Source of the DNA: a virus
IMG/VR virus record: IMGVR_UViG_3300027816_000057
Reading direction: 5' to 3' (one strand)
DNA length: 64,000 nucleotides
The stretch's first letter is position 1. Every line of letters starts with the position of its first letter. The position numbers and the translations under genes were made by a program. Shown here piece by piece: positions 16,683 through 26,518 of this stretch. Under the pieces are notes generated by a model, which had not been told where the DNA came from, searched no databases, and saw nothing but the letters and a program-made list of their open reading frames with translations.

Positions 16683-18146
16683 ATGAAAAACAATATATCA
16701 AACCTAGAATTAGAAAAATCTATAATTGGAACTATAATAAAAAATGGTAGCGATAGTTATTACGAAACAGCAGATTTAATTGATTCTAATTGTTTTTATT
16801 ATCCAGAAACTCAATTAATATATAATGCGGTTACAAATTTAATAAAAAATGGTGTAGAGAAATTTGATAATTCTACCGTTATACATCAAATAAAAGAAAT
16901 AGATAAAAACGCAGTAGAAAAATATGAAATAAATGATGTAATATCCGATTCAATTAATCTGTCTGTTTTACCTGAAAATATATCAAATATATCTAAATCT
17001 TTATTACGTCTAACTCTTTTGAGAGGATTAGATCAGGGAATAGTAGCCGCTAGAGAAAAATTAAAAAACGTTGACGCTTCTGCTACTTTATTAGATATAA
17101 CCAGCACAGTAGAGAAGGTTTTATTTGATTTTACGTCTAAAATTATTAATGGTCAAAATCAAATAGTAGATGTTTCCAAGAATATTCATTCATTTGTAGA
17201 ATATCTAGCTACAAATCCACAGTCTATTAGAGGTATTCCAACCGGCTTTCCTTTATTTGACAAAGCTATAGGAGGCGGTTTACGTCGCGGTGGTTTTCAT
17301 GTTATCGGCGGGCGTGCTAAATCTTTAAAATCTACTACAGGTTTTAATATGGCTAATAACGTAGCACAAAATGGAATACCTGTACTGTTCCTAGATACTG
17401 AAATGAATGAGTCTACCTGTATGTCAAAATTACTAGCTATGAATTCAAACATCTCAATACGAGATATTGAAAGTGGTAATTTTGCTAAAAGTGAATCTAC
17501 TTTAAAACAAGTAGCTGAAGCAGAAAGAAAGATAGACGGATATAATTTTTCATATGTTCCAGTTGCTGGATTGAGTCACCATAAAATAATTTCTATTGCT
17601 AAAAAATGGTTACTTAAAAATGTAGGATTAGACGAAAATGGTAGATTTAAAGATTGTCTTGTTATTCTAGATTATCTTAAAACAATGGATTTAAAAGAAA
17701 AAGGGAACGATCAAGAATATCAGTATTTAGGACAAATAGCTACCGATCTACATAATTTTGCAACACAATACGATGTTCCAGTTCTTACCTTTGTTCAATT
17801 AAATAGAGACGGTATAGATCGAGAAGATTCCGGCGTTGTATCAGGATCAGATAGAATTTTATGGCTTTGTACGTCATTGTCTATAATTAAAAAGAAGAGT
17901 GACGAAGATAGAATGATTGATCCAGACACTAACGGCGATAGAAAATTAATAGTTGTTGCCGCTAGATACGGGTCTGGATTAAGAGAAAAAGAATATATAA
18001 ATATCTTTTCTGAACCAGAAAAAGGTATAGTAAAAGAAGGAAAATCGAATTTAGATAATATTGTTTCTAATGGCGGATCATCGAATAATGGCTATAAGCG
18101 TAAAAATTCAAACATAAAAGACGATGATAGTTTCTCATCTTTATAA
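16683..18146 (+). CDS. dnaB: Replicative DnaB-family helicase
   Basis: LELEKSIIG N-domain, GIPTGFPLFDKAIGGGL, LFLDTEM, VILDYL, VQLNR, ARYG. Confidence 0.92.
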   Translation: MKNNISNLELEKSIIGTIIKNGSDSYYETADLIDSNCFYYPETQLIYNAVTNLIKNGVEKFDNSTVIHQIKEIDKNAVEKYEINDVISDSINLSVLPENISNISKSLLRLTLLRGLDQGIVAAREKLKNVDASATLLDITSTVEKVLFDFTSKIINGQNQIVDVSKNIHSFVEYLATNPQSIRGIPTGFPLFDKAIGGGLRRGGFHVIGGRAKSLKSTTGFNMANNVAQNGIPVLFLDTEMNESTCMSKLLAMNSNISIRDIESGNFAKSESTLKQVAEAERKIDGYNFSYVPVAGLSHHKIISIAKKWLLKNVGLDENGRFKDCLVILDYLKTMDLKEKGNDQEYQYLGQIATDLHNFATQYDVPVLTFVQLNRDGIDREDSGVVSGSDRILWLCTSLSIIKKKSDEDRMIDPDTNGDRKLIVVAARYGSGLREKEYINIFSEPEKGIVKEGKSNLDNIVSNGGSSNNGYKRKNSNIKDDDSFSSL

Positions 18147-19077
18147 GCAGTCAGTTTATCGCTTATTTGAGGACTTAGGCTTTCCTTTGTTTAGTGAAAG
18201 TTTAAGATGCCAGTGCCCTATTCACGGCGGCGACAACGCTAGTGCCTTTAGTTTTAATTTTGAGAACGGATGGCGTTGTTGGACTCATAATTGCCACGAA
18301 GATTATCCAAAGGGTTTAATCGGCCTTATTATGGCTGTTGATAAATGCGAGCTAGATGAAGCCAAACAAAAATTAGCAAAATATTTAGAAAATCAATCAG
18401 TAGAAGATATAGGGAAGATTGAATTCAAAAGAACGGTTAAGACAAATAAAATTTTTGATTCTTCTGTTTTGCCTAAAGATAACTACTCAAAATATTTTGA
18501 AAAAAGAGGATTTAGTAAAAACACTATGGAAAAATTCCAGTGTTTTGAATGCCTTAATAAAAACAAAACTTTATATAATCGTGCAGTAGTTCCAATTTTT
18601 GATGATGAAAATAATTTAGTCGCATTTACCGGACGATCTATTGAAACTAGTTTTATTAAATGGTTACATCAACCAAAAAGTTTTTACAAGTCTAATATAC
18701 TGTACAATTTAAATAATTCTAAAAGATATCTTCTTCGGTTAAAAACTGTAATTATCGTAGAAGGACCGATGGACGTATGGCGATTACACGAAGCAGGTAT
18801 CTATAATGTAGTTGCTCTATTAGGAACATCTATAAGTTACGAACAAATAAAGCTTATAAAAAAATATAATGTCAAAAAAGTAGTCATATTATTTGATCCA
18901 GATCACGCTGGTTTAAAAAGTATGTTAAAAGAAAACGGAATTGTTGATCAATTGTCTAAAGATTTTGAAATTTTTAGTTTACGACATCTTTTAGAAAAAG
19001 ATATAGGTGAAACTGATATTGATTATATAAACTATATAATTAAGCCAGAATTAAGAAAAATTATTTATGGAAAATAA
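18124..19077 (+). CDS. dnaG: DnaG-type primase (CHC2 Zn finger plus TOPRIM)
   Basis: CPIHGGDN...WRCWTHNC, AFTGRSI, VEGPMDV, FDPDHAG. Confidence 0.9.
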   Translation: MIVSHLYKQSVYRLFEDLGFPLFSESLRCQCPIHGGDNASAFSFNFENGWRCWTHNCHEDYPKGLIGLIMAVDKCELDEAKQKLAKYLENQSVEDIGKIEFKRTVKTNKIFDSSVLPKDNYSKYFEKRGFSKNTMEKFQCFECLNKNKTLYNRAVVPIFDDENNLVAFTGRSIETSFIKWLHQPKSFYKSNILYNLNNSKRYLLRLKTVIIVEGPMDVWRLHEAGIYNVVALLGTSISYEQIKLIKKYNVKKVVILFDPDHAGLKSMLKENGIVDQLSKDFEIFSLRHLLEKDIGETDIDYINYIIKPELRKIIYGK

Positions 19078-19783
19078 GATTATAATAATAAGCGGTAAAA
19101 AACAATCAGGGAAAAGCTCAGCAAGAGCCTTTTTAACATCAGAAATTTCAAAAGGATATGGTATAGACGGTACTTATACTGAATGGTACAATCCCGTAGT
19201 TAATCATTATTCTTTTGCTGACGAACTTAAAAGATTAGCAATCGAATTATTTAATTTATCGGAAAAAAATGTATACGGAACAAATGAAGAAAAAGACTCT
19301 CCTACTCATATTAAGTGGTCTGATCTTCCAATGCAAGGATATCAATTACACGATTTGCGTCAAGAACTGTGGACGATTAACGGGGTATATAAAAACTTTC
19401 AAAGACAGTATGTAACTGGTCGTGAATTTTTAAAAATATTTGGAACCTATATATGTAGGCGGATATATCCAGATTGTTGGGTTTTAGCGACAATCAATAA
19501 AATCAGAAAAACTAAACAAGATTATGCTATAATAGATGACGCAAGATTTCCAAATGAAATCAAATTACTTTATAACGAATTTAAAGATAATTGTAAAATT
19601 ATAAGATTAGAAAGAAATATTTTTAACGATTCGGATATAACAGAGACTGCACTGGATGATTTTGATTTTAAATCACTTAATTCTGTTATAATTGATAATA
19701 GTAATATGTCGATAGAAGAAAAAAATCAAACTATATTAAATAAACTAAAGGAAAACAATTTCTATGCTAGAAATACTAGATAA
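19067..19783 (+). CDS. Deoxynucleoside monophosphate kinase
   Basis: ISGKKQSGKS, SFADELKR, REFLKIFGT, IIDDARFPNE, IDN. Confidence 0.85.
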   Translation: MENKIIIISGKKQSGKSSARAFLTSEISKGYGIDGTYTEWYNPVVNHYSFADELKRLAIELFNLSEKNVYGTNEEKDSPTHIKWSDLPMQGYQLHDLRQELWTINGVYKNFQRQYVTGREFLKIFGTYICRRIYPDCWVLATINKIRKTKQDYAIIDDARFPNEIKLLYNEFKDNCKIIRLERNIFNDSDITETALDDFDFKSLNSVIIDNSNMSIEEKNQTILNKLKENNFYARNTR

Positions 19784-20825
19784 AACGTATTCTTTTGATG
19801 ATGTATTGTTGATACCCAATCATTCTAAAATTAGATCAAGACTTGATTCTACTATAGATATTTCAACAAAAATAGGAAATACTAAATTAGATATACCTAT
19901 TATTTCAGCTAACATGGATACCGTAACTGAATTAGATATGGCTAAATCTATAAGATCATGCGGTGGGCTAGGTATTTTTCATAGATTTTATAAATCAAAA
20001 GAGAAATATCACGCTCAAATAAAAGATTATCAAATTAGCACAAAAGAAGTTCCATATGTAAGCATAGGATTAAAAACTTCTTTTGAAGAAATAAAAGAAT
20101 TAATGGATTTATTTCATACCGACAAATTAAATCTTTGTTTAGATATAGCAAATGCGGATAATGAGAATGTATTAAATTACATATCCAATCTTCTTATTAA
20201 TTTAGATAATAAAGTCAACTTAATTGTTGGTAATATATGCACTAAACAGGCAGCAGTAAGATTAATAAATATAGGCGTTAAGACATTCAAAGTAGGAATA
20301 GGTCCGGGTTCTGCCTGTACTACACGAATACAAACCGGTCATGGAATTCCTCAATTATCTGCTATTCATTATGTAAAAGAAGCTATAGAAGATTTACGAA
20401 ATCCTAAAGATTATCATATCATAGCTGACGGCGGAATTAAAAATTCCGGAGATATTGTAAAAGCTTTAGCGGCTGGTGCTAGTAGCGTTATGATTGGTAA
20501 AGTATTAGCATCTTGTAATGAATCGCCCGCTCCTTTGATTTATCACGACGGACATTCATATAAAGAATACAGAGGTCAGTCCTCTTATAAGTTTCAAAAA
20601 GACAACAATATACATCGTCCAGATATTACACCTGAAGGCGAATGCTTTTTTATTGATTCTACCGGTCCAGTAAAAGACACTATAGATTTACTTGTCGGCG
20701 GAATTCGTTCCGGTATGTCTTACGCTGGTGCTTTAAATTTACGCGAGCTTTATCTTAACTCTAGATTTGTAGAAATATCTAACGCGGGCTTAAAAGAGTC
20801 TTATCCTCATGGTAAAAATAAATAA
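19764..20825 (+). CDS. IMP dehydrogenase / GMP reductase (CBS-less)
   Basis: [30 protein letters not shown] (catalytic Cys), IADGGIK, YRGQSS, PEGE. Confidence 0.92.
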   Translation: MLEILDKTYSFDDVLLIPNHSKIRSRLDSTIDISTKIGNTKLDIPIISANMDTVTELDMAKSIRSCGGLGIFHRFYKSKEKYHAQIKDYQISTKEVPYVSIGLKTSFEEIKELMDLFHTDKLNLCLDIANADNENVLNYISNLLINLDNKVNLIVGNICTKQAAVRLINIGVKTFKVGIGPGSACTTRIQTGHGIPQLSAIHYVKEAIEDLRNPKDYHIIADGGIKNSGDIVKALAAGASSVMIGKVLASCNESPAPLIYHDGHSYKEYRGQSSYKFQKDNNIHRPDITPEGECFFIDSTGPVKDTIDLLVGGIRSGMSYAGALNLRELYLNSRFVEISNAGLKESYPHGKNK

Positions 20826-21294
20826 AATAGTTAATATAGGTATAGTTGGACCTAAAGGATATGCTTTAGGGGGTTATGATTTTAACGATAGAAGAAGAAA
20901 AATTCTTAATGAATATCTATCGCATATCTTTCAGATAGAATCTATCAATAAAACCGTTGTTGGATATTGCGGCTTAAATAGTGGTAGCGATTATGAATTT
21001 GCAAAAACATGCAATGAAAACAGAATTCCTTACTATATTTATCTTTCTAATGAAAACGAACAAGACTCATGGATATCAAATATAAAAGAAAGAAATTTGA
21101 TTTTAAATTCCGCAAACGAGGTTCAGTATTTATATAAAGGCGAGTATTCTCCTAAAAAAAATATGAATAGAACAAAAATGATTATAGAAAATTCAGATAT
21201 AGTAATTTATGTTAAAAATAAACTTAAAAATAAATGTAGTATTCTAAATTATATTCTTAATACAAAAAAAACTATTTACTACATCAATATATGA
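20809..21294 (+). CDS. YspA-like SLOG-superfamily protein
   Basis: IGIVGPK..LGGYD, GLNSGSDYEFA, PYYIYL, MIENSDIVI. Confidence 0.6.
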   Translation: MVKINKIVNIGIVGPKGYALGGYDFNDRRRKILNEYLSHIFQIESINKTVVGYCGLNSGSDYEFAKTCNENRIPYYIYLSNENEQDSWISNIKERNLILNSANEVQYLYKGEYSPKKNMNRTKMIIENSDIVIYVKNKLKNKCSILNYILNTKKTIYYINI

Positions 21295-21695
21295 AATTAA
21301 TATGTTATTTTGACGGCTCTTATCGTTGTAATAAAAACAAAATGTATTGGGCTTTTGTAATTAATGACCAAAATGGAAACATTATACAGCAAAAAAATTC
21401 CAGCTTAACTCAAAAGGTATGTACGTCTAATTTAGCGGAATTTATAGCTTTAAAAGAATTACTACTATTCTTAAACGAATACAGTCAATCAAATACTATA
21501 TCTAATGTAGAAATATATGGTGATTGTAAAAATATAATAAATGGCATCAATGGTGAATCAAAAATTAGACCCAAGCATTTAAAAGAAATAAAAGATATTT
21601 GTCTAGAATATATAGATCAAATTAAATGCGAAGATATAGAAATATCTTGGATATCTAGAAAAAACAATACAACTTGTGATCGGTTAATGAGATGA
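21291..21695 (+). CDS. Ribonuclease HI
   Basis: YFDGS, TSNLAEFIAL, IYGD, WISRKNN..CDRL. Confidence 0.85.
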   Translation: MKLICYFDGSYRCNKNKMYWAFVINDQNGNIIQQKNSSLTQKVCTSNLAEFIALKELLLFLNEYSQSNTISNVEIYGDCKNIINGINGESKIRPKHLKEIKDICLEYIDQIKCEDIEISWISRKNNTTCDRLMR

Positions 21696-21895
21696 AAAAA
21701 GATAAAAAACCAACAATTGAATTTGTAGCTAACTATATTTTAGATATTCTTAAATATAGACAGGTTCCGACCGATGTAAAAACACCTATGGGTTTTTTAC
21801 CAGATAACCAGATTAAATTTTTAGAAAAATTTGGTTATAAAGTAAAATTATTAGATCAAAATGAAAAAGGCACGGTATATAATATATGCAAATAG
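21692..21895 (+). CDS. Hypothetical protein
   Basis: 67-aa ORF with ATGA overlap. Confidence 0.55.
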   Translation: MKKDKKPTIEFVANYILDILKYRQVPTDVKTPMGFLPDNQIKFLEKFGYKVKLLDQNEKGTVYNICK

Positions 21896-22875
21896 AATCC
21901 GCTTCAAAAAGTTCTTTAGACACCTATCTTGATTGCCCGTTTAAATGGTATTTAACTTACTACTGCAAACAACGAGAACCTTCGGGTAAAGCTGCGGTAA
22001 TCGGTACAATAGTACATAAAGTATTGGAAGTTTTAGCTAAGGCTAAAAAAACCAAACATCATTTACTAAACGATAAATATACTGATTATAATTATTTATC
22101 TAAAATTTGTTATAATCGAGAAGTAAGAAATAATCCTCATTTATCTTTTTCTGACTCAGATTTAAAAACAGTAATTAAACTATGTGATAGTATAATGAAG
22201 ACCATGTATAATCCATTAAAAATGGAAACACTGGCAACTGAAATGGGTTTTGAAATTGAGATACAGAAAAAGGGATTCTCTTATAAATTTGTAGATTATA
22301 GGTCTAATGAGACTAAAACCGGATTTTTTAAACTTACAGGTTTTATAGATTTAATATGTACCTCTAGCGATTCTGTTATAGAAATAGTTGATTATAAAAC
22401 CGGTCAAAGAAAAGATTGGGTCACGGGAAAAATTAAAGATGTACATAATATGCACGATGATCTACAGCTTCAAATCTATAATCTTGCTGCACACTATATA
22501 TATCCAGATAAAAAACGTTTGTTAACACTATATTTTCTAAAAGACGGTGGACCTTATACTATATCACTGGATGAATCTAATGAAGAAGAAATCCTTGACA
22601 AAATTAGAAAAATATTTCGTGTTATTTCTATAGATAGCGATCCTAAAAGATTAAAAGATGACGACGATAAGAAAAAATTTCATTACAAATGTAGAAAATT
22701 TTGTCACTTTGGAAAAACAGAAAATGAAAACGGAGTCAGTCTTTGTGATGAATATTATAATATGTATAAAAAATTAGGATTAAACGAAGCAGCCTTACAG
22801 ATTCAATCATTAACTATTAATGGTAAAAAAAGCAATCGAGTGTTTAAAAACAACAAAAAGGGAATTATCAAATAA
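21886..22875 (+). CDS. PD-(D/E)XK exonuclease, AddB/Cas4-like with predicted Fe-S cluster
   Basis: YLDCPFKW, GTIVHKVLE, GFIDL, IVDYKTG, QLQIY, CRKFC...LC. Confidence 0.85.
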   Translation: MQIESASKSSLDTYLDCPFKWYLTYYCKQREPSGKAAVIGTIVHKVLEVLAKAKKTKHHLLNDKYTDYNYLSKICYNREVRNNPHLSFSDSDLKTVIKLCDSIMKTMYNPLKMETLATEMGFEIEIQKKGFSYKFVDYRSNETKTGFFKLTGFIDLICTSSDSVIEIVDYKTGQRKDWVTGKIKDVHNMHDDLQLQIYNLAAHYIYPDKKRLLTLYFLKDGGPYTISLDESNEEEILDKIRKIFRVISIDSDPKRLKDDDDKKKFHYKCRKFCHFGKTENENGVSLCDEYYNMYKKLGLNEAALQIQSLTINGKKSNRVFKNNKKGIIK

Positions 22876-24530
22876 TGATCCATATTACTTATAGTCATTA
22901 TTCTTTACAAGAAGCTTTTAGTCATATTGATGAAATTGTAGATCGTGCTTGTAAATTTAAGCTTCCGTATGTTATTTTAGCTGATTATAATTCTGTAGCT
23001 GGTTGTCCGGAATTTATACAATTGGTGCTTAAAAATAATAAAAAGAATAAAGACAATATAATAAAACCGATAATTGGATTTACCTCGTTTTATAACAATA
23101 AAAAAATTCATATACTTTCTCTAAAAAGAGATGGATGGTTTTCTTTAGTAAAGATTATATCTAGACTTAATTCTAAAGATCATTTTTTAAAATATAAAAA
23201 CAGTCATATACAAGACGAAGATTTATCAATTATAAAATCTGATAATAATTTATATCTTCTGTATAGCGACGACAATATATCAGAATCATATTATGTTGAT
23301 AAAGACGACCTGCCTTTTCAACAAATATTAATATGCAATAAACTAAAGACGGACATTGACAATAAAGATTCCGTATTGAAAAATTATCCAGAATATCAAA
23401 TATTTTTTAATAATAATGACTTTAGCTTAAAAGAATACTCATCTGAGCAATGGGTAGATTTTGATAAATTTGAAATATATGATATTTCTAGTCCGTCCAG
23501 ACTTCCAGTATTTAAGAATGAAAAAAACGAAGAGGTTGATCCTGATAAATATCTGACTGATTTATGTCGTATAGGTTGGTCTGAAAGAAAGATGAATGAT
23601 CGTTTTATTAAATATCCAGAATTAAAGACGATATATGTTGAAAGAGTTAAAGAAGAACTAGACACATTAAAAAAATATAATATCTCTAACTATATGTTGC
23701 TGGTTCGAGATTTTACAAATTTTACGAAAAGCAATAACGCATGTGTTGGACTAAGAGGATCTGCGGTAGGAAGTTTAGTATTCTATTTGACTGGCGTAAC
23801 AAATATCGACCCTGTATGGCCGGATACAAATATTCCTTACGATTCTGATAAATCTCTATTATTTTCTCGATTTATTAACAAAGGTCGATTAGCTGAAGGC
23901 AAAAACGCTTTACCGGACGTAGATATAGACATTCCTATCTCTTTTAGAGATAAATTAAAAGATTATATATATAAAAAATACGGTCATGATAAAGCAGCCC
24001 ATATTGCTGCGTTTGGTAAAATTAAAGCAAAAATGGCTATTAAAGATGTGTTTAGAATTCGAGGAAAATCATTTGATGTAGCGAATGAAATTACATCTAA
24101 AATGATCGACGAATCTAAAGTCCAAGATGAACTAGAAGATTTAAAGCAGGTAGACTCTAAATATAATATTATTAACTATAATATAGAATACATTGAAGAT
24201 TTATCAAATTATTATAAAGAATATAAAAATGAATTTGATATAGCTATTCGGTTAAATAACACCAACCGTAGTTTTAGTCAACACGCAGCCGGACTTGTTT
24301 TAGCCGACATTCCTTTAAAAGATTTTTTGCCAATCTATTACGATTCCGAAAAGGATTTAGACGTTGTTGGACTAAAAATGCAGGACGTTGAATATTGCGG
24401 TGCTGTAAAATATGATCTATTGTCATTAGCTGCGTATTCTAAAATTGATGAGATAATAAAAATGGTCAATAAGAATACCAATGAACCAGAGATGACAACT
24501 TACGAACTAGAGGAAAATTATGATATATAA
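22875..24530 (+). CDS. dnaE: DNA polymerase III alpha, N-terminal half (degenerate PHP, palm, thumb)
   Basis: SHYSL, YVERVKEEL, YMLLVRDF, GLRGSAVGSLV, LLFSRFI, LPDVDID, QHAAG, VKYDLLSL. Confidence 0.92.
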   Translation: MIHITYSHYSLQEAFSHIDEIVDRACKFKLPYVILADYNSVAGCPEFIQLVLKNNKKNKDNIIKPIIGFTSFYNNKKIHILSLKRDGWFSLVKIISRLNSKDHFLKYKNSHIQDEDLSIIKSDNNLYLLYSDDNISESYYVDKDDLPFQQILICNKLKTDIDNKDSVLKNYPEYQIFFNNNDFSLKEYSSEQWVDFDKFEIYDISSPSRLPVFKNEKNEEVDPDKYLTDLCRIGWSERKMNDRFIKYPELKTIYVERVKEELDTLKKYNISNYMLLVRDFTNFTKSNNACVGLRGSAVGSLVFYLTGVTNIDPVWPDTNIPYDSDKSLLFSRFINKGRLAEGKNALPDVDIDIPISFRDKLKDYIYKKYGHDKAAHIAAFGKIKAKMAIKDVFRIRGKSFDVANEITSKMIDESKVQDELEDLKQVDSKYNIINYNIEYIEDLSNYYKEYKNEFDIAIRLNNTNRSFSQHAAGLVLADIPLKDFLPIYYDSEKDLDVVGLKMQDVEYCGAVKYDLLSLAAYSKIDEIIKMVNKNTNEPEMTTYELEENYDI

Positions 24531-24828
24531 AGTAGAACAATTTTTATCTGACGAAGGTAAAGAAATAAAAGTGCTAACGAATACAGAAAATGAAAAAGAC
24601 GTTAAATATACAACTCCTGTTCCCGTATTGCATCCTGAAATGGGAATTATGGAGGCGTCCGCTGTAATTAAGGTCAGCTCTTTAAAAGAAGCCTTTGATA
24701 GAATAGACTCATTACGAGAAGAATATATTAAAATGATGGAAATGCAAGCTGATAAAATGAAAAATCAGCTAGTAATAGCTAATGACGTTCCAAATATTTC
24801 AAATAAGGCTGGTAAATTAATAATATGA
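24520..24828 (+). CDS. Hypothetical protein (between dnaE halves)
   Basis: 102-aa ORF with GAGG RBS. Confidence 0.65.
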   Translation: MIYKVEQFLSDEGKEIKVLTNTENEKDVKYTTPVPVLHPEMGIMEASAVIKVSSLKEAFDRIDSLREEYIKMMEMQADKMKNQLVIANDVPNISNKAGKLII

Positions 24829-25322
24829 GTAAATCAACAATATGTTTTATAGGAAAACGACCTAAAGATTTAGTTATTGATTATGGGGATAATGCACTAG
24901 GATTAATAGAAGAATATATTGAAGATTTTGTTAAATCTAATCCAAATGTACAGCTTGCTACATCTTTATCTTATGGAATAGAATATATAGCTGGTAAAAT
25001 TTTTCAAAAGCATCAACTTCCTTATCATGTATTTTTAACTTTTAACAATCAAGAAAAAATATGGCCTAAAAAAACACAGGAAGAATACAAGCAATTATTA
25101 TTAAATGCAAAATCAGTTAATCAAGTAGAAACTGGCGAATGGAGTTTAGATCGATTAAAACTAAAAGATAAAACACTTATTGAACAAAGTAACACAGTTT
25201 ACTATTTATTAGATAAAAAACCTTATGGGAATTTTACTAATAAGGAATTAATTAAAATAAATCTAAATAAAGAGGAAAAATCGGAATCTGACGAAAATTT
25301 AGAAGAAGGGTTTTCATTTTGA
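24825..25322 (+). CDS. YspA-like SLOG-superfamily protein
   Basis: ICFIGKRPKDL, TSLSYGIE, NQEKIWP..TQEEYKQLL..AK.V. Confidence 0.7.
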   Translation: MSKSTICFIGKRPKDLVIDYGDNALGLIEEYIEDFVKSNPNVQLATSLSYGIEYIAGKIFQKHQLPYHVFLTFNNQEKIWPKKTQEEYKQLLLNAKSVNQVETGEWSLDRLKLKDKTLIEQSNTVYYLLDKKPYGNFTNKELIKINLNKEEKSESDENLEEGFSF

Positions 25323-25960
25323 ACAAACAAGTATTTATATATTTTGATACAGAAACAACAGGCGTCGATCCTAGAGCTGGGCACGAGATTATACAAATAG
25401 CTGCTAAAGCTATTAACCCCGCTACTTTAGAATTTTATGAAAACGGCGAATTTGAAATAGTGTTAAAACCTCAAAGACCAGAAAAAGCTAGTCCAGAAGC
25501 GGTAGAGATACTTGGACCAGAACTTTGGAGCAGATGTCAAAAAGAAGGTTTTGAGCCTAAAGTTGGTTTACAAAAATTTATGGATTGGATTAATTCATAT
25601 AACAATACTCCCGGAAAAAAGTATTGGGGTCAGCCCATTATGGTTGCTCACAATGTAGCGTATGATTTAATGATGATGCACCACGCATTATTAGATGAAC
25701 ACAAACTATATAAAAACCGAGACAGTCTACCTTTCTGTTCTAGATCATTAGATACTTGGGCTTGCTTTTTTACTTTATACGAATCTGATCCAGAAGTTTC
25801 TAAATATAGTCTAGACTCATTAATGGGTATATTAGGTATGAAGAGAACAGCTTCTACTCACGATGCACTAGAAGATGTAAGATTGGGTGCTAACGCTTTT
25901 ATAAGATTTATGAAACTTTATCGACAATTCAAAAAGAAAATAAAAATTAATAACGAATAA
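25319..25960 (+). CDS. DEDDh 3'-5' exonuclease (DnaQ/epsilon-like)
   Basis: YFDTETTG, EIIQIAA, VAHNVAYD, SLDT, HDALED. Confidence 0.88.
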   Translation: MNKQVFIYFDTETTGVDPRAGHEIIQIAAKAINPATLEFYENGEFEIVLKPQRPEKASPEAVEILGPELWSRCQKEGFEPKVGLQKFMDWINSYNNTPGKKYWGQPIMVAHNVAYDLMMMHHALLDEHKLYKNRDSLPFCSRSLDTWACFFTLYESDPEVSKYSLDSLMGILGMKRTASTHDALEDVRLGANAFIRFMKLYRQFKKKIKINNE

Positions 25961-25984
25961 AATAATCGTGCATGTTGGATATGA

Positions 25985-26518
25985 TTGAAAAGTTATATCC
26001 TGCTTTTGAACTACAGAAAAGATAATCGTACTAAAAATCAATTTGCCGACGATATAATAGAATGTACGAAAATTGAACGCGAGTTGATGAATATATATGT
26101 AGACGACCTAAACAAAAGAAAAGGTGCGTATATCTATACTTTTGTCGATAACGGTATAGATAATAGTGGAAAATTAATTGAAAACGATAAAGAAATAACA
26201 ACAAGTGCCGACTTTAAATTAAAAAAAATTAAAGGTAGAGATAGATTAATCGAAATCAAGTTTTGCCGAAAAGATTTAAACGTTTTTCATTTAAAAACTT
26301 CGCAATTAAAATCATATATAAGGCAAGATTGTTGCGTTGTAATGTTTATGGGTATTGATACCGAAAATATACGATATACTATATTAAAACCTTCAGATAT
26401 GGAGGCGGTATTATTAGGATATAAAGATGTATTTTTTTGGGGCAAAAAACAAAAGAGATTGCCCATAAAAGACTTTAACTGGTATTATGTTAACATCAAT
26501 AGAAAATCTACCAATTAA
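25985..26518 (+). CDS. Putative PD-(D/E)XK-fold endonuclease
   Basis: ERE...ADFKL...LIEIK pattern; basic. Confidence 0.5.
   Translation: MKSYILLLNYRKDNRTKNQFADDIIECTKIERELMNIYVDDLNKRKGAYIYTFVDNGIDNSGKLIENDKEITTSADFKLKKIKGRDRLIEIKFCRKDLNVFHLKTSQLKSYIRQDCCVVMFMGIDTENIRYTILKPSDMEAVLLGYKDVFFWGKKQKRLPIKDFNWYYVNINRKSTN

Noticed and set aside
21886-22875. Cas4 / CRISPR-Cas system
   Set aside because: No repeat-spacer array or other cas genes; solo Cas4/AddB-like nucleases are common in phage replication modules
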